Positions 25,441 to 33,709 of a stretch of DNA of 42,661 nt are shown here, piece by piece; position 1 is the first letter of the stretch; the number at the start of each line of letters is the position of its first letter. The translations under genes and the position numbers were made by a program. The notes under the pieces are model-generated. The model was not told the DNA's origin. It did not search any database and was given only the letters and a program-made list of their open reading frames with translations. The stretch comes from Kiritimatiellia bacterium (GTDB taxonomy: Bacteria; Verrucomicrobiota; Kiritimatiellia; RFP12; UBA1067), in contig JAFRJH010000028.1 of NCBI GenBank assembly GCA_017432385.1, positions 1 to 42,661 on the forward strand, given 5' to 3'.

Positions 25441-25481
25441 CGTGGCGACAGAGGACATGGAAACTCCAAAAGAGGATTGAA

Positions 25482-26531
25482 GTGAAACCGACACTCGTAT
25501 TTGCGGCAGCCGCGGCGGCGGCGCTTGCCGCGGGATGCCGCATGCCTTGCGGCTTTGCGCTGCACGAGCCCGTGAAGGTCATACTCGACACGGACATGAT
25601 ATCCGACTACGACGACATGGGCGCCCTCGCGTGCCTCCATGCGCTGGCGGACGCGGGGGAGTGCGAGATCCTGGCGACCGTCAGCTGCACGAGGGGGAAC
25701 GGCTCCGTCGCGGCGGTGGAGATATGCAACGCCTACTACGGACGCCCCGGCATCCCCGTTGGATGCTCCCGACTCGATTCCGCGGTGAGCGGACGCGACA
25801 AGGGCGGACACGGGAAGTTCCTTGATCTTCAGAAGAAGTATCCCGGAAAGTTCCGGTACGCCGACAGCGACGAGGCACCGGACGCCGTCGACGTCTATCG
25901 CCGCGTGCTGGCGTCGCAGCCGGACGGCAGCGTCGTGATCTGCTCCCTCGGATTTCTCACCAACCAGCGCGCGCTCCTGGAGTCGAAGGGCGACGCGCAC
26001 TCTCCCCTCGACGGCAGGGCGCTCGTCGCGAGGAAAGTGAAGAAGTGGGTCGCGATGGCGTGCTTCTACCCGGAGGGGCACGAGTACAATTCCGACGGGG
26101 ATCCCGTCTCCTCCAGGATCGCGCTCCGCGACTGGCCGACGCCGATAGTCATTTCAGATTTCCAGTACGGACGCCACCTCTACGCCGGACGCGCCATCGT
26201 GGAATCAGACCGCGAGGGCAGTCCCGTGAAGGACGTCTTCCTGGCTGACCTCATGCCGCGGGAGAGGGTCAATGCGCGTTCGTGGGACCAGCTTGCCGGT
26301 CACCCGGCGTGGGACGAGAGCGCGGTCCTCGCCGCGGTGCGCGGCGAGGAGTCGTACTTCGCCGTAGAGAACGGGTTCTACGAGATGCTCGACGACAAAG
26401 GCCATGACATATGGCGCTACGACCCGGCGTCGCCCAGCTGCCGCATTCTGCAGAAGACGCCGCGCGTAGAAGTCGGCAGGATCATCGACGAGCTCATGCT
26501 CCGCGTCCCCAGGAATCCGTGGGGAAAATAG
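25482..26531 (+). CDS. secreted lipoprotein with an inosine-uridine-preferring nucleoside hydrolase (IUNH) fold
   Basis: GTG start at 25482, 5 nt after SD aaagagga. Lipobox LAAGC. KVILDTDMISDYDDMGAL resembles the IUNH N-terminal Asp cluster. Paralogous to the N-terminus of 27605-31123. The track start at 25344 overlaps the upstream gene. Confidence 0.65.
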   Translation: MKPTLVFAAAAAAALAAGCRMPCGFALHEPVKVILDTDMISDYDDMGALACLHALADAGECEILATVSCTRGNGSVAAVEICNAYYGRPGIPVGCSRLDSAVSGRDKGGHGKFLDLQKKYPGKFRYADSDEAPDAVDVYRRVLASQPDGSVVICSLGFLTNQRALLESKGDAHSPLDGRALVARKVKKWVAMACFYPEGHEYNSDGDPVSSRIALRDWPTPIVISDFQYGRHLYAGRAIVESDREGSPVKDVFLADLMPRERVNARSWDQLAGHPAWDESAVLAAVRGEESYFAVENGFYEMLDDKGHDIWRYDPASPSCRILQKTPRVEVGRIIDELMLRVPRNPWGK

Positions 26532-26633
26532 TCAAGACCGAGCCTTGCGCGCAGGCCAACGTCACGTGCGAAGTGCTGGCCGGCCGTCCTGTCTGCCACG
26601 GGGTTCCGTGGCCTCCCCCTCTGTTCGTAGGTA

Positions 26634-26662
26634 TTGGCAGACCCCTGCTCTAGTGGTACAAT
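26634..26662 (+). promoter_or_regulatory. sigma70-type promoter (-35 TTGGCA, 17-nt spacer, TGGTACAAT) of the rbsK operon
   Basis: ttggca at 26634-26639 and tggtacaat at 26654-26662. SD ggacggagg lies downstream, and the ATG is at 26703. Confidence 0.65.
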
Positions 26663-26702
26663 AGGGCGCGTAGGACAGGTCAAACGGACGGAGGTTGACT
26701 AA

Positions 26703-27602
26703 ATGGACAGGATAGTCGTTCTTGGCAGCACAAACACCGACATGGTTATAACCGCGGACCATCTGCCCGTTCCGGGCGAGACGATCTGCGACGGCAGCTT
26801 CAAGATGCACCCCGGGGGGAAGGGCGCGAACCAGGCCGTCGCCGTGGCGCGGCTTTCCGCGGAGCCGGGCGCGTGCGAGTTCATCGCGAAGGTGGGCGAC
26901 GACGTGTTCGGCCGCGAGACCGGCGAGCGGCTGCGCAGGGACGGAATCGCCGCGAACCTGATCGTCGACCCTGTCAATGCCTCGGGCACGGCGCTCATAC
27001 TCGTCGACTCGAAGGGACAGAACGTCATATCGGTCGCGCTCGGTGCGAACGGCGCGCTTTCGGAGGACGACATCTCGCCCTACATGGACGACATCCGCGC
27101 CGCGAAGGTTCTCCTCATGCAGCTCGAGACGCCCGTCCCGACCGTCGCCGCCGCGGCGGCGTGCGCGTACGCGGCGGGAACGACGGTCGTCCTGAACCCC
27201 GCGCCCGCGGCAAAACTGCCGCGCGAGCTTCTCGCGAACGTCGACTGGATCACGCCAAACGAGACCGAGGCGGAGATACTCACGGGCATCAAGGTGACCG
27301 ACGGAGCGTCCGCCCGGCAGGCGGCCGACGCGCTCAGGGCGCTTGGCGTAGGGCACGTCGTGATCACCATGGGCTCGAAGGGGTGCTACTCCGCCGACAC
27401 GGACGAGGTGTATCCGTGCCGCCCCGTGAAGGCGGTGGACTGCGTGGCGGCGGGCGACACGTTCAACGGCGGGTTCGTCGTCGCGCTCGCCGAAGGAAAG
27501 TCCGTCGCCGAGGCGATCGAGTTCGGCCAGAAAGCCGCGGCGATCTCCGTCACGCGCGTCGGCGCGCAGCCGTCCGTGCCGTACAGAGGGGAGATCGCCT
27601 GA
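26703..27602 (+). CDS. rbsK: ribokinase (PfkB family)
   Basis: IVVLGSTNTDMV...VPGETI...GGKGANQAVAVARL and the C-terminal VDCVAAGDTFNGGFVVAL...AAAISVTRVGAQPSVP (PfkB signature 2 with the catalytic Asp). Confidence 0.85.
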   Translation: MDRIVVLGSTNTDMVITADHLPVPGETICDGSFKMHPGGKGANQAVAVARLSAEPGACEFIAKVGDDVFGRETGERLRRDGIAANLIVDPVNASGTALILVDSKGQNVISVALGANGALSEDDISPYMDDIRAAKVLLMQLETPVPTVAAAAACAYAAGTTVVLNPAPAAKLPRELLANVDWITPNETEAEILTGIKVTDGASARQAADALRALGVGHVVITMGSKGCYSADTDEVYPCRPVKAVDCVAAGDTFNGGFVVALAEGKSVAEAIEFGQKAAAISVTRVGAQPSVPYRGEIA

Positions 27603-27604
27603 CC

Positions 27605-30600
27605 ATGCGCAGATTCGCCCTTGCCGCCGCCGCGCTGTCGTCGCTGGCTGCCTTCGCCGAGCCGACGCGCGTCATTTTCGACACGGACATGTGCGGCGAC
27701 TACGACGACGTTGGCGCGCTCGCCGTGCTGAACGCGCTCGCCGACGCCGGAGAATGCGAGATACTGGGCGTCGTCTCGTCCACGCGCAGGACGCCGGCGC
27801 TTGCCCTGTCTGGCGCCATCTGCGGGCACTACGGGCGGCCCTACGTCCCGATGGGCGCCTGCAGGGAGATCGGCGTCGTGGCGGACGACGATCCCGGCAG
27901 CGTCTCTGGCGTCCTTTGGTCGATTGCCAGGGCGCATGGGCCGCGCCACCTTCAGGATTCCGACGAGGCCGACGACGCGAACGAGGTCTACCGCTGCCTT
28001 CTCGCGGCGGCGCCGGACCACTCCGTCACGCTGTGCGTCGTCGGGTTCGCGACAAACGTCCGCCGGCTCCTCGAGACGAAGGGGGACTGCATTTCGCCGC
28101 TGTCGGGACGCGACCTCGTGGCCCGGAAGGTGAAGGCGTGGTACCAGATGGGAGGCGTGTTGCCAGGCGGCCTCGAATGCAACCTCCGCATGGACGCGGA
28201 GTCCTCCGACAAGGCGATCCGCGAATGCCCCGTGCCGATATACTTCGTCGACTTCGGCCTTGGCGTCGACGTGCTGACGGGGCTCTCCGTCGCGAGGCGG
28301 GGAATCGCGGCGGGCCCCGTTGCGGAGGCGTTTGCCCGGTGCCTGAAGGTCTGGGACGAGGAGCGCTGCGGACGCCCCTCGTGGGACGAGCTGACGGTGC
28401 TTGCGGCCGTGCGGGGGTGGGAGCGCGACTTCGGCCTCGAGCGCGGCACGATGTCCGTCGACCCCGCGACGGGGTCCAACACCTGGACGAAGGCGGAGAA
28501 CGGCCCGCACGGCGTCCTAGTGGAGAAGACGCCGAAGGCCGCCCTCCGCGACGTCATAGACGAACTGATGGCGCGTCCGCCGGCCTGCCGCAGCGAGGGC
28601 TCGAACTCAAAGCCGTTCGTCTGGTGGCACTGGTGCGGCACGGCCGTCACCAAGGAGGGGATAGTCCGCGACCTCGACGCCATGAAGGCGGCTGGCATCG
28701 GCGGGGCGACGATCTTCCAGGTCGCGCGGGGGCCGTGCTCCGAAGTTCCCGCGTTTGGATACGAAGACGATACGATGAAAGACTTTGAGTTCGGCGGCGA
28801 CAAATGGTGGGAATACGTCGCGTTCGCCGCGAGCGAGGCGAAGAGGCGCGGACTCGAGATTGGCATGCACAACTGCCCGGGCTACACCGTTTCCGGAGGT
28901 CCGTGGATAACGCCCGAGAATGCGATGAAGAAGCTCGTGTGGACCTCTGCGCCGAAGGGCTCCGCGCCCGCGCAGCCGGAGATGCTGCTCGGCTTCTACC
29001 GCGACATCGGTACTGTTGAAAGCGGCGGCAAGGTGTACCGCTTCGGCTACACATGCACGGGCTCGCAGTGCATGCCGGTCGCGAAGTCGCTTGTGGGCAG
29101 GTGCCTCGAGGCGGACAAGATGAGCGCAAGGGCCGTGAACCTCCATCTCGACAACGTCCTCGCAAGGGACGTCGGCCTCGACTTCATCCTCATGGACAGC
29201 TACGAAGCGGGTCCGTACGACTGGACGGACGACTTCCGCGCCGAGTTCGAGAAGCGCCGCGGCTACGACCCGCTGCCGCTTCTGCCGGCGTATGTCGGCG
29301 CAGTGTCCGAAGGCGCGGAGAAGATCAAGGCGGACATGGCCCGCACGGTCGCCGAGCTTTCGACGGAGCGCCACTACTGGGTGTTCCGCGACCGCATCCA
29401 CGAAAAGGGCATGCGGTTTTTCGTGGAGCCCTACGGCGGTCCGTTCGACCAGTGCGAGGCCGCGTACGCGAGCGACCAGCCCACGACCGAGTTCTGGGGC
29501 GCGAAGCCGTTCTGGGTGCAGGAAGGCGCAGTCGGCGGAAGTCCGCAGCTGGGCGGCGCCGTCGGGCGCGCCGCGGGCCGGACGGTCATTGCGGCTGAGG
29601 CGTACACCGCGATGCCGTTCCAGGATCCGTATGTCCTCGCGCCGCGCGACTTCAAGGCATGCACGGACGCGTCGTTCGCGCGCGGCATCAACCGCATGGT
29701 CCTCCACCACTGGGTGCACCAGCCTTTCCCGGCATGCCGCAGGCCGGGAATGAACATGGGCTACTGGGGCGCACACTTCGGCGAGAACCAGACGTGGTTC
29801 GAGCCGGGAAAGGAGTTCTTCGCGTATCTCTCGCGCTGCCAGGAGCGTCTGCAGCGGGGAGAGGAAATGATCGACGTGCTGGCGGTCGAGGAATTCGGCG
29901 GACGCACGGACGGCGTGGACATCTTGCCGCGCCGCGTCTTCAAGGGCGACGGCGTCTGCTTTTCCGACGGACGCTGCGTGGTGAGGCTTGTGGATGCGGC
30001 CGACGACGCATGCGAGGGCCAGCCGTCCCGCAGGACGCGCTCATACAGGTACCTCGCAGTGCCGCGCGGGCTTATGTCCGACCCGGAGATCGCCGCAAAG
30101 GTCGCCGCCGCAAAGGCCGCGGGCGTCGAGGTGCTTGACGAGACGAGTCCGATGCCCAAGCGTCCGTTCAGCGTCGTGGGAGGAGTGGAGGCCGGGCCGA
30201 ACGGACCCGTGCTAGGCGTGGCTCGGAAGTGCTTCAGACCAGGCTCGCAGCCATTTTTCTTTGTCGCAAACGTGTCCGGAGGGGCTGTCTCCTTCGACGC
30301 CGACTTCAGGGCCCAAGGGCAGGTGGACCTATGGTATCCCGGGAGCGGCGAGACGGAGATACTTGCGCCCGTTGAGCCGGACGGGGAATACACGCGCCTG
30401 CACATGTCTCTTGGACCGCAGGAGTCCGTCTTCGTGACGTTCCACTGCCAGGGCCGTTCGTTCGGCTCGCCCCCCATGCGAGAGTCGCGCCGCGCCGAGG
30501 CTTCGCGCGTGAAGCCGGTTGCGTGTCCGTGGACAGTCTCGTTCGCTTCGCCGTGCGGGGCCGCCGCGCCTGAGCGTGAGTGGCCGTCGCTCGCATCCTG

Positions 30601-31123
30601 GTCGGAGAGCGGGGAGCGTGATGTCCGCTACTTCTCGGGCACGGCCGTCTACCGGGCGAAGTTTGCGCTGACTCGCGAGGAGGCGAGGGCCGCGCGCAGG
30701 ATATGCCTCGGCGACGTGCGTGACATCGCGCGGGTGCGGCTCAACGGACGCGACCTCGGCGTCGCCTGGCACGAGCCGTTCGAGGTGGCGGCGTGCGACG
30801 CCGCGCGGGAAGGGGAGAACGTGCTCGAGGTGGAGGTGACGAACGGATGGCACAACAGGCTGCTGGGCGACCACCTGCTTCCGGACGACGACTGCGAGTG
30901 GGGACCGGAGCGCTTTCACCAGTGCGCTATGGACGGGTCGAAGGGCGCATGCGGAAGGGGGCTGAGGCGCATTCCGGACTGGGCGTGGAACGCGGATGGC
31001 GCACGCCCCGCCTCGAACCGCGTTGCGTTCACTAGCTGGGACTACTTCGTGGGCGGCGAGAAGCCTCGTCCCTCAGGCCTTCTCGGCCCCGTGACCGTAA
31101 AGCTCCTGGAGGCCGTGAAATGA
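27605..31123 (+). CDS. secreted fusion protein: N-terminal IUNH-fold domain + GH106-like (alpha-L-rhamnosidase-like) glycosidase with a C-terminal galactose-binding-like domain
   Basis: Signal peptide MRRFALAAAALSSLAAFA. RVIFDTDMCGDYDDVGAL is paralogous to 25482-26531. From about residue 340, PFVWWHWCGTAVTKEGIVRDLDAMKAAGIGGATIF, and a C-terminal YFSGTAVYRAKF...VRLNGRDLGVAWHEPFEV...GENVLEVEVTNGWHNRLLGD, a pattern I associate with GH106-type enzymes. The track start at 26873 runs through rbsK in another frame. Confidence 0.65.
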   Translation: MRRFALAAAALSSLAAFAEPTRVIFDTDMCGDYDDVGALAVLNALADAGECEILGVVSSTRRTPALALSGAICGHYGRPYVPMGACREIGVVADDDPGSVSGVLWSIARAHGPRHLQDSDEADDANEVYRCLLAAAPDHSVTLCVVGFATNVRRLLETKGDCISPLSGRDLVARKVKAWYQMGGVLPGGLECNLRMDAESSDKAIRECPVPIYFVDFGLGVDVLTGLSVARRGIAAGPVAEAFARCLKVWDEERCGRPSWDELTVLAAVRGWERDFGLERGTMSVDPATGSNTWTKAENGPHGVLVEKTPKAALRDVIDELMARPPACRSEGSNSKPFVWWHWCGTAVTKEGIVRDLDAMKAAGIGGATIFQVARGPCSEVPAFGYEDDTMKDFEFGGDKWWEYVAFAASEAKRRGLEIGMHNCPGYTVSGGPWITPENAMKKLVWTSAPKGSAPAQPEMLLGFYRDIGTVESGGKVYRFGYTCTGSQCMPVAKSLVGRCLEADKMSARAVNLHLDNVLARDVGLDFILMDSYEAGPYDWTDDFRAEFEKRRGYDPLPLLPAYVGAVSEGAEKIKADMARTVAELSTERHYWVFRDRIHEKGMRFFVEPYGGPFDQCEAAYASDQPTTEFWGAKPFWVQEGAVGGSPQLGGAVGRAAGRTVIAAEAYTAMPFQDPYVLAPRDFKACTDASFARGINRMVLHHWVHQPFPACRRPGMNMGYWGAHFGENQTWFEPGKEFFAYLSRCQERLQRGEEMIDVLAVEEFGGRTDGVDILPRRVFKGDGVCFSDGRCVVRLVDAADDACEGQPSRRTRSYRYLAVPRGLMSDPEIAAKVAAAKAAGVEVLDETSPMPKRPFSVVGGVEAGPNGPVLGVARKCFRPGSQPFFFVANVSGGAVSFDADFRAQGQVDLWYPGSGETEILAPVEPDGEYTRLHMSLGPQESVFVTFHCQGRSFGSPPMRESRRAEASRVKPVACPWTVSFASPCGAAAPEREWPSLASWSESGERDVRYFSGTAVYRAKFALTREEARAARRICLGDVRDIARVRLNGRDLGVAWHEPFEVAACDAAREGENVLEVEVTNGWHNRLLGDHLLPDDDCEWGPERFHQCAMDGSKGACGRGLRRIPDWAWNADGARPASNRVAFTSWDYFVGGEKPRPSGLLGPVTVKLLEAVK

Positions 31124-31147
31124 CGACGAGTTTTCCCGCGGCGCCGT

Positions 31148-31771
31148 TTATATCTTGAGGAGGTGCTTGCGGAAGGCGATGGCGACGGCCTCGGCGCGGT
31201 TCGCCGCGCCTATTTTCGCGAAGGTGGTTTTCAGGTAGTCGCGCACGCTTGTCGCGCTGATGCCGAGCTTGTAGGCGATGTCCTCGTTGGTGAGCCCGAG
31301 CGAGACGAGCTCTATTATCTCTGTCTGGCGTGGGGAGAGCGGAGTGCAGGTGGCGCTGGACTTGAGCACCTGCTTGATTTCGTCCGAGACGAATATCTCG
31401 CCTTCGGCGACGGTGCGTATGGCGTTGAGGACGTCGTCCAGCTCTGCCTTCTTGACGATGGCGCCGCGGGCGCCTGCGTCGAGCGCGTGGCCGATGCCGT
31501 CGGCGGTCTCGTACGTCGTCAGGATGACGACCTTCGCCTCCGGCCATTTCTCGATCAGCGTCTTGGTCGCCTCCGCCCCGTCCATTACTCCGGGCATGAT
31601 GAGGTCCATGATCACGACGTCGGGCCTCAGAGATAGCGCCTTCTCGACTGCGGACGCGCCGTCGCCGGCGTCGCCAACGACCTTTATGCCGTTCGCCGTT
31701 CCAAGAAGCGAGGCGAGGCCCATCCTGAATATGGCGTGGTCGTCTACGAGGAGTACCGTTGTGTCCTTCAT
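31148..31771 (-). CDS. NarL/LuxR-family response regulator (REC + HTH)
   Basis: MKDTTVLLVDDHAIFRMGL...DVVIMDLIMPGMDG-type receiver domain. C-terminal LSPRQTEIIELVSLGLTNEDIAYKLGISATSVRDYL is a GerE/LuxR HTH. Its ATG overlaps the kinase stop (ATGA). The track ORF extends to 32230, but that part overlaps the kinase. Confidence 0.9.
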   Translation of the reverse strand: MKDTTVLLVDDHAIFRMGLASLLGTANGIKVVGDAGDGASAVEKALSLRPDVVIMDLIMPGVMDGAEATKTLIEKWPEAKVVILTTYETADGIGHALDAGARGAIVKKAELDDVLNAIRTVAEGEIFVSDEIKQVLKSSATCTPLSPRQTEIIELVSLGLTNEDIAYKLGISATSVRDYLKTTFAKIGAANRAEAVAIAFRKHLLKI

Positions 31772-33585
31772 GTCGCGTCTCCTTTGTGAAGCGGGATGGT
31801 GAGCACGGCCCTGGTCCCGCCGTGGGGCATGGCGGCGATCTCGAATTTCCCGGAGAGCGCGTCGACGCGCTCGCGCACGCCCATCAGCCCGAAGTGCCCC
31901 TCGGCGATCCTCGGGGCCGTGTCGGGGTTGTATCCCGAGCCGTTGTCCGAGACGGAGATGCGCAGTACGCCGTCCTCCGCGACGCCGGCTATCCTGATGT
32001 GGTCGGCTCCTCCGTGCTTGATGCCGTTCAGCGCCAGCTCGCGGACCACGCGCAGGATGGTATGCGCAGTGTTGTCGCAGATGCGCGACCTGGGGACGTT
32101 GAAGCGCACGTCGAGGGAGACTCCCTTCACGTGGGGCAACAACGTCCGGCGGACTGCCGCGGACATGTCGGACTCCTCGAGGGCCTCGCTCCTGAGGTCC
32201 CAGAGGCAGTTCCGCAGGTCCGCGTGGCACGAACGCAGCGTCCGCTCCGCGATGACGAGGTGGCGGGCTCGTTCCTCGTTATGCGATGGGGGGATGCGCT
32301 TGGCCGTCTCGAGCTCCATCAGGACGCCCGAGAGGCTCTGGACGATTGAGTCGTGCAGCTCGACGGCGAGACGCGTGCGCTCGCGGGTGCGCATGTCGGC
32401 CTCGGCGCGCGCGAGGATCTCCCGCGAGAGCTCGCGGCCGCGCCTGAACGCCTTGAACCAGAGGATGCGGTTCCAGAGGACGACGACTGCGAGGAACCCG
32501 CACAGCGCGGCGACGATGGACCATGCCCGCCCCGGGGTGAGCCACGGCGCGGTCGCCGTGACGCGGATGTCTTCGGGGAGGCTCGGGATGACGATGAGAC
32601 CGCGTATCCGCGGCAGAATCATGTCGGGCCGCCAGAAGTCTATGTCGAGGACGCATGTTCCCGTCACCTCCACGGTGCATCCGCGCGAGACGCGCTCCAG
32701 GGACCCCGTCACGGTTGACGCGTCAATGGTGATGAGGCGGTCTCCCTCTTCGATCTCGAAGCGACCGGAGTCGATGTCGGATATGCCGCGGACGATGCCA
32801 GAGAGCCGTATGACCTGTCCGTGCCGCTTCGACTGGTAGCACCGTTTGCCGCTGTCGTCCACGAGGAGGGACTTCGCGGTCACCGGCACCACGGAGCGCG
32901 AGAGGCCGACCGGCGCGTTCGTCGGCCGCCAGCGTGCGTGGGAGAGGCCTATGTTGTACGTGTCTGTCTCGACCGCGCCCACGGCCTCGACGGCGTCGCC
33001 GTATGCCGGCGGCTTCGCACCGGCCGACAGGCGGAGCGTGACGGGACGGCCGTCGAATGTCCTGATGAGGACGCTTCGTCCGCTCCAGACCGCGAGTACA
33101 TGGCCCGAAACGCGCCTTCGTCCGAGTCCGTGCAGCTCCTCCGGAAGCATGCCGTCGCGAAGCGACAGGACCGGCACGTCGAACGGATCCGGGTCGCCTC
33201 CCAGCGTGACGACGCCGCTTGGGTCGCTTACGGAGAACATCCTCCCGAGGTAGGCGCGGCTTACCAGCGAATACGTCGTGCGGACATTGCCATGGACCTC
33301 GACGTTGCGGCCTGCCAGGGAAAGGAGCCCTCTTGGGTCCTCCCCGTCGAACTTGACCGACACCAGCACCTTGCGGCCGTCGCTGTCGAGGATGTAGTAG
33401 AGGAACCTGGGGTCGACTTCGTCAAGGAATGCATCCTCGACAACGCCGCGAAGCCGCACTGAGTCGATGTTGCCATCCGACTTGAGGAATTCGTCGGACG
33501 AGAGCGGATGCTCGTCGGCGTGCGCCGCCGGCGTAGTCAGCGCCGCCAAGGCGGCAAGCAGATGTGCATTGAAAATCACATGCAT
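31768..33585 (-). CDS. sensor histidine kinase (HisKA_3 / HATPase_c) with a large periplasmic sensor domain
   Basis: Signal/TM1 MHVIFNAHLLAALAALTTPAAHA and TM2 WSIVAALCGFLAVVVLWNRILWF. H-box LAVELHDSIVQSL. ATPase motifs ELALNGIKHG, ISVSDNGSGY and GHFGLMGVRERV. The start is ambiguous: ATG 33585 or GTG 33579. The track start at 33657 would place the palindrome and promoter inside the coding sequence. Confidence 0.85.
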   Translation of the reverse strand: MHVIFNAHLLAALAALTTPAAHADEHPLSSDEFLKSDGNIDSVRLRGVVEDAFLDEVDPRFLYYILDSDGRKVLVSVKFDGEDPRGLLSLAGRNVEVHGNVRTTYSLVSRAYLGRMFSVSDPSGVVTLGGDPDPFDVPVLSLRDGMLPEELHGLGRRRVSGHVLAVWSGRSVLIRTFDGRPVTLRLSAGAKPPAYGDAVEAVGAVETDTYNIGLSHARWRPTNAPVGLSRSVVPVTAKSLLVDDSGKRCYQSKRHGQVIRLSGIVRGISDIDSGRFEIEEGDRLITIDASTVTGSLERVSRGCTVEVTGTCVLDIDFWRPDMILPRIRGLIVIPSLPEDIRVTATAPWLTPGRAWSIVAALCGFLAVVVLWNRILWFKAFRRGRELSREILARAEADMRTRERTRLAVELHDSIVQSLSGVLMELETAKRIPPSHNEERARHLVIAERTLRSCHADLRNCLWDLRSEALEESDMSAAVRRTLLPHVKGVSLDVRFNVPRSRICDNTAHTILRVVRELALNGIKHGGADHIRIAGVAEDGVLRISVSDNGSGYNPDTAPRIAEGHFGLMGVRERVDALSGKFEIAAMPHGGTRAVLTIPLHKGDAT

Positions 33586-33626
33586 AATTTTACCATAAAT
33601 CTGAGCGAAGTGGAGAGTCCGTCCGT

Positions 33627-33647
33627 CCCCTACTTTTGTAGGGGTTG
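33627..33647. promoter_or_regulatory. 7-4-7 palindromic operator/activator site CCCCTAC-TTTT-GTAGGGG(TTG), copy 1
   Basis: Perfect inverted repeat in the divergent intergenic region between the kinase and the beta-helix gene. It is 20/21 identical to 38669-38689. Confidence 0.6.
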
Positions 33648-33673
33648 CGCACCGCACACGCGGGTGCTACAAT
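33645..33673 (+). promoter_or_regulatory. sigma70-type promoter (-35 TTGCGC, 17-nt spacer, TGCTACAAT)
   Basis: ttgcgc at 33645-33650 and tgctacaat at 33665-33673. SD aaggag at 33696-33701 and ATG at 33710 lie downstream. Confidence 0.6.
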
Positions 33674-33709
33674 GGAGACGTCTTGAATGCACAAAAAGGA
33701 GTCGCCTCC

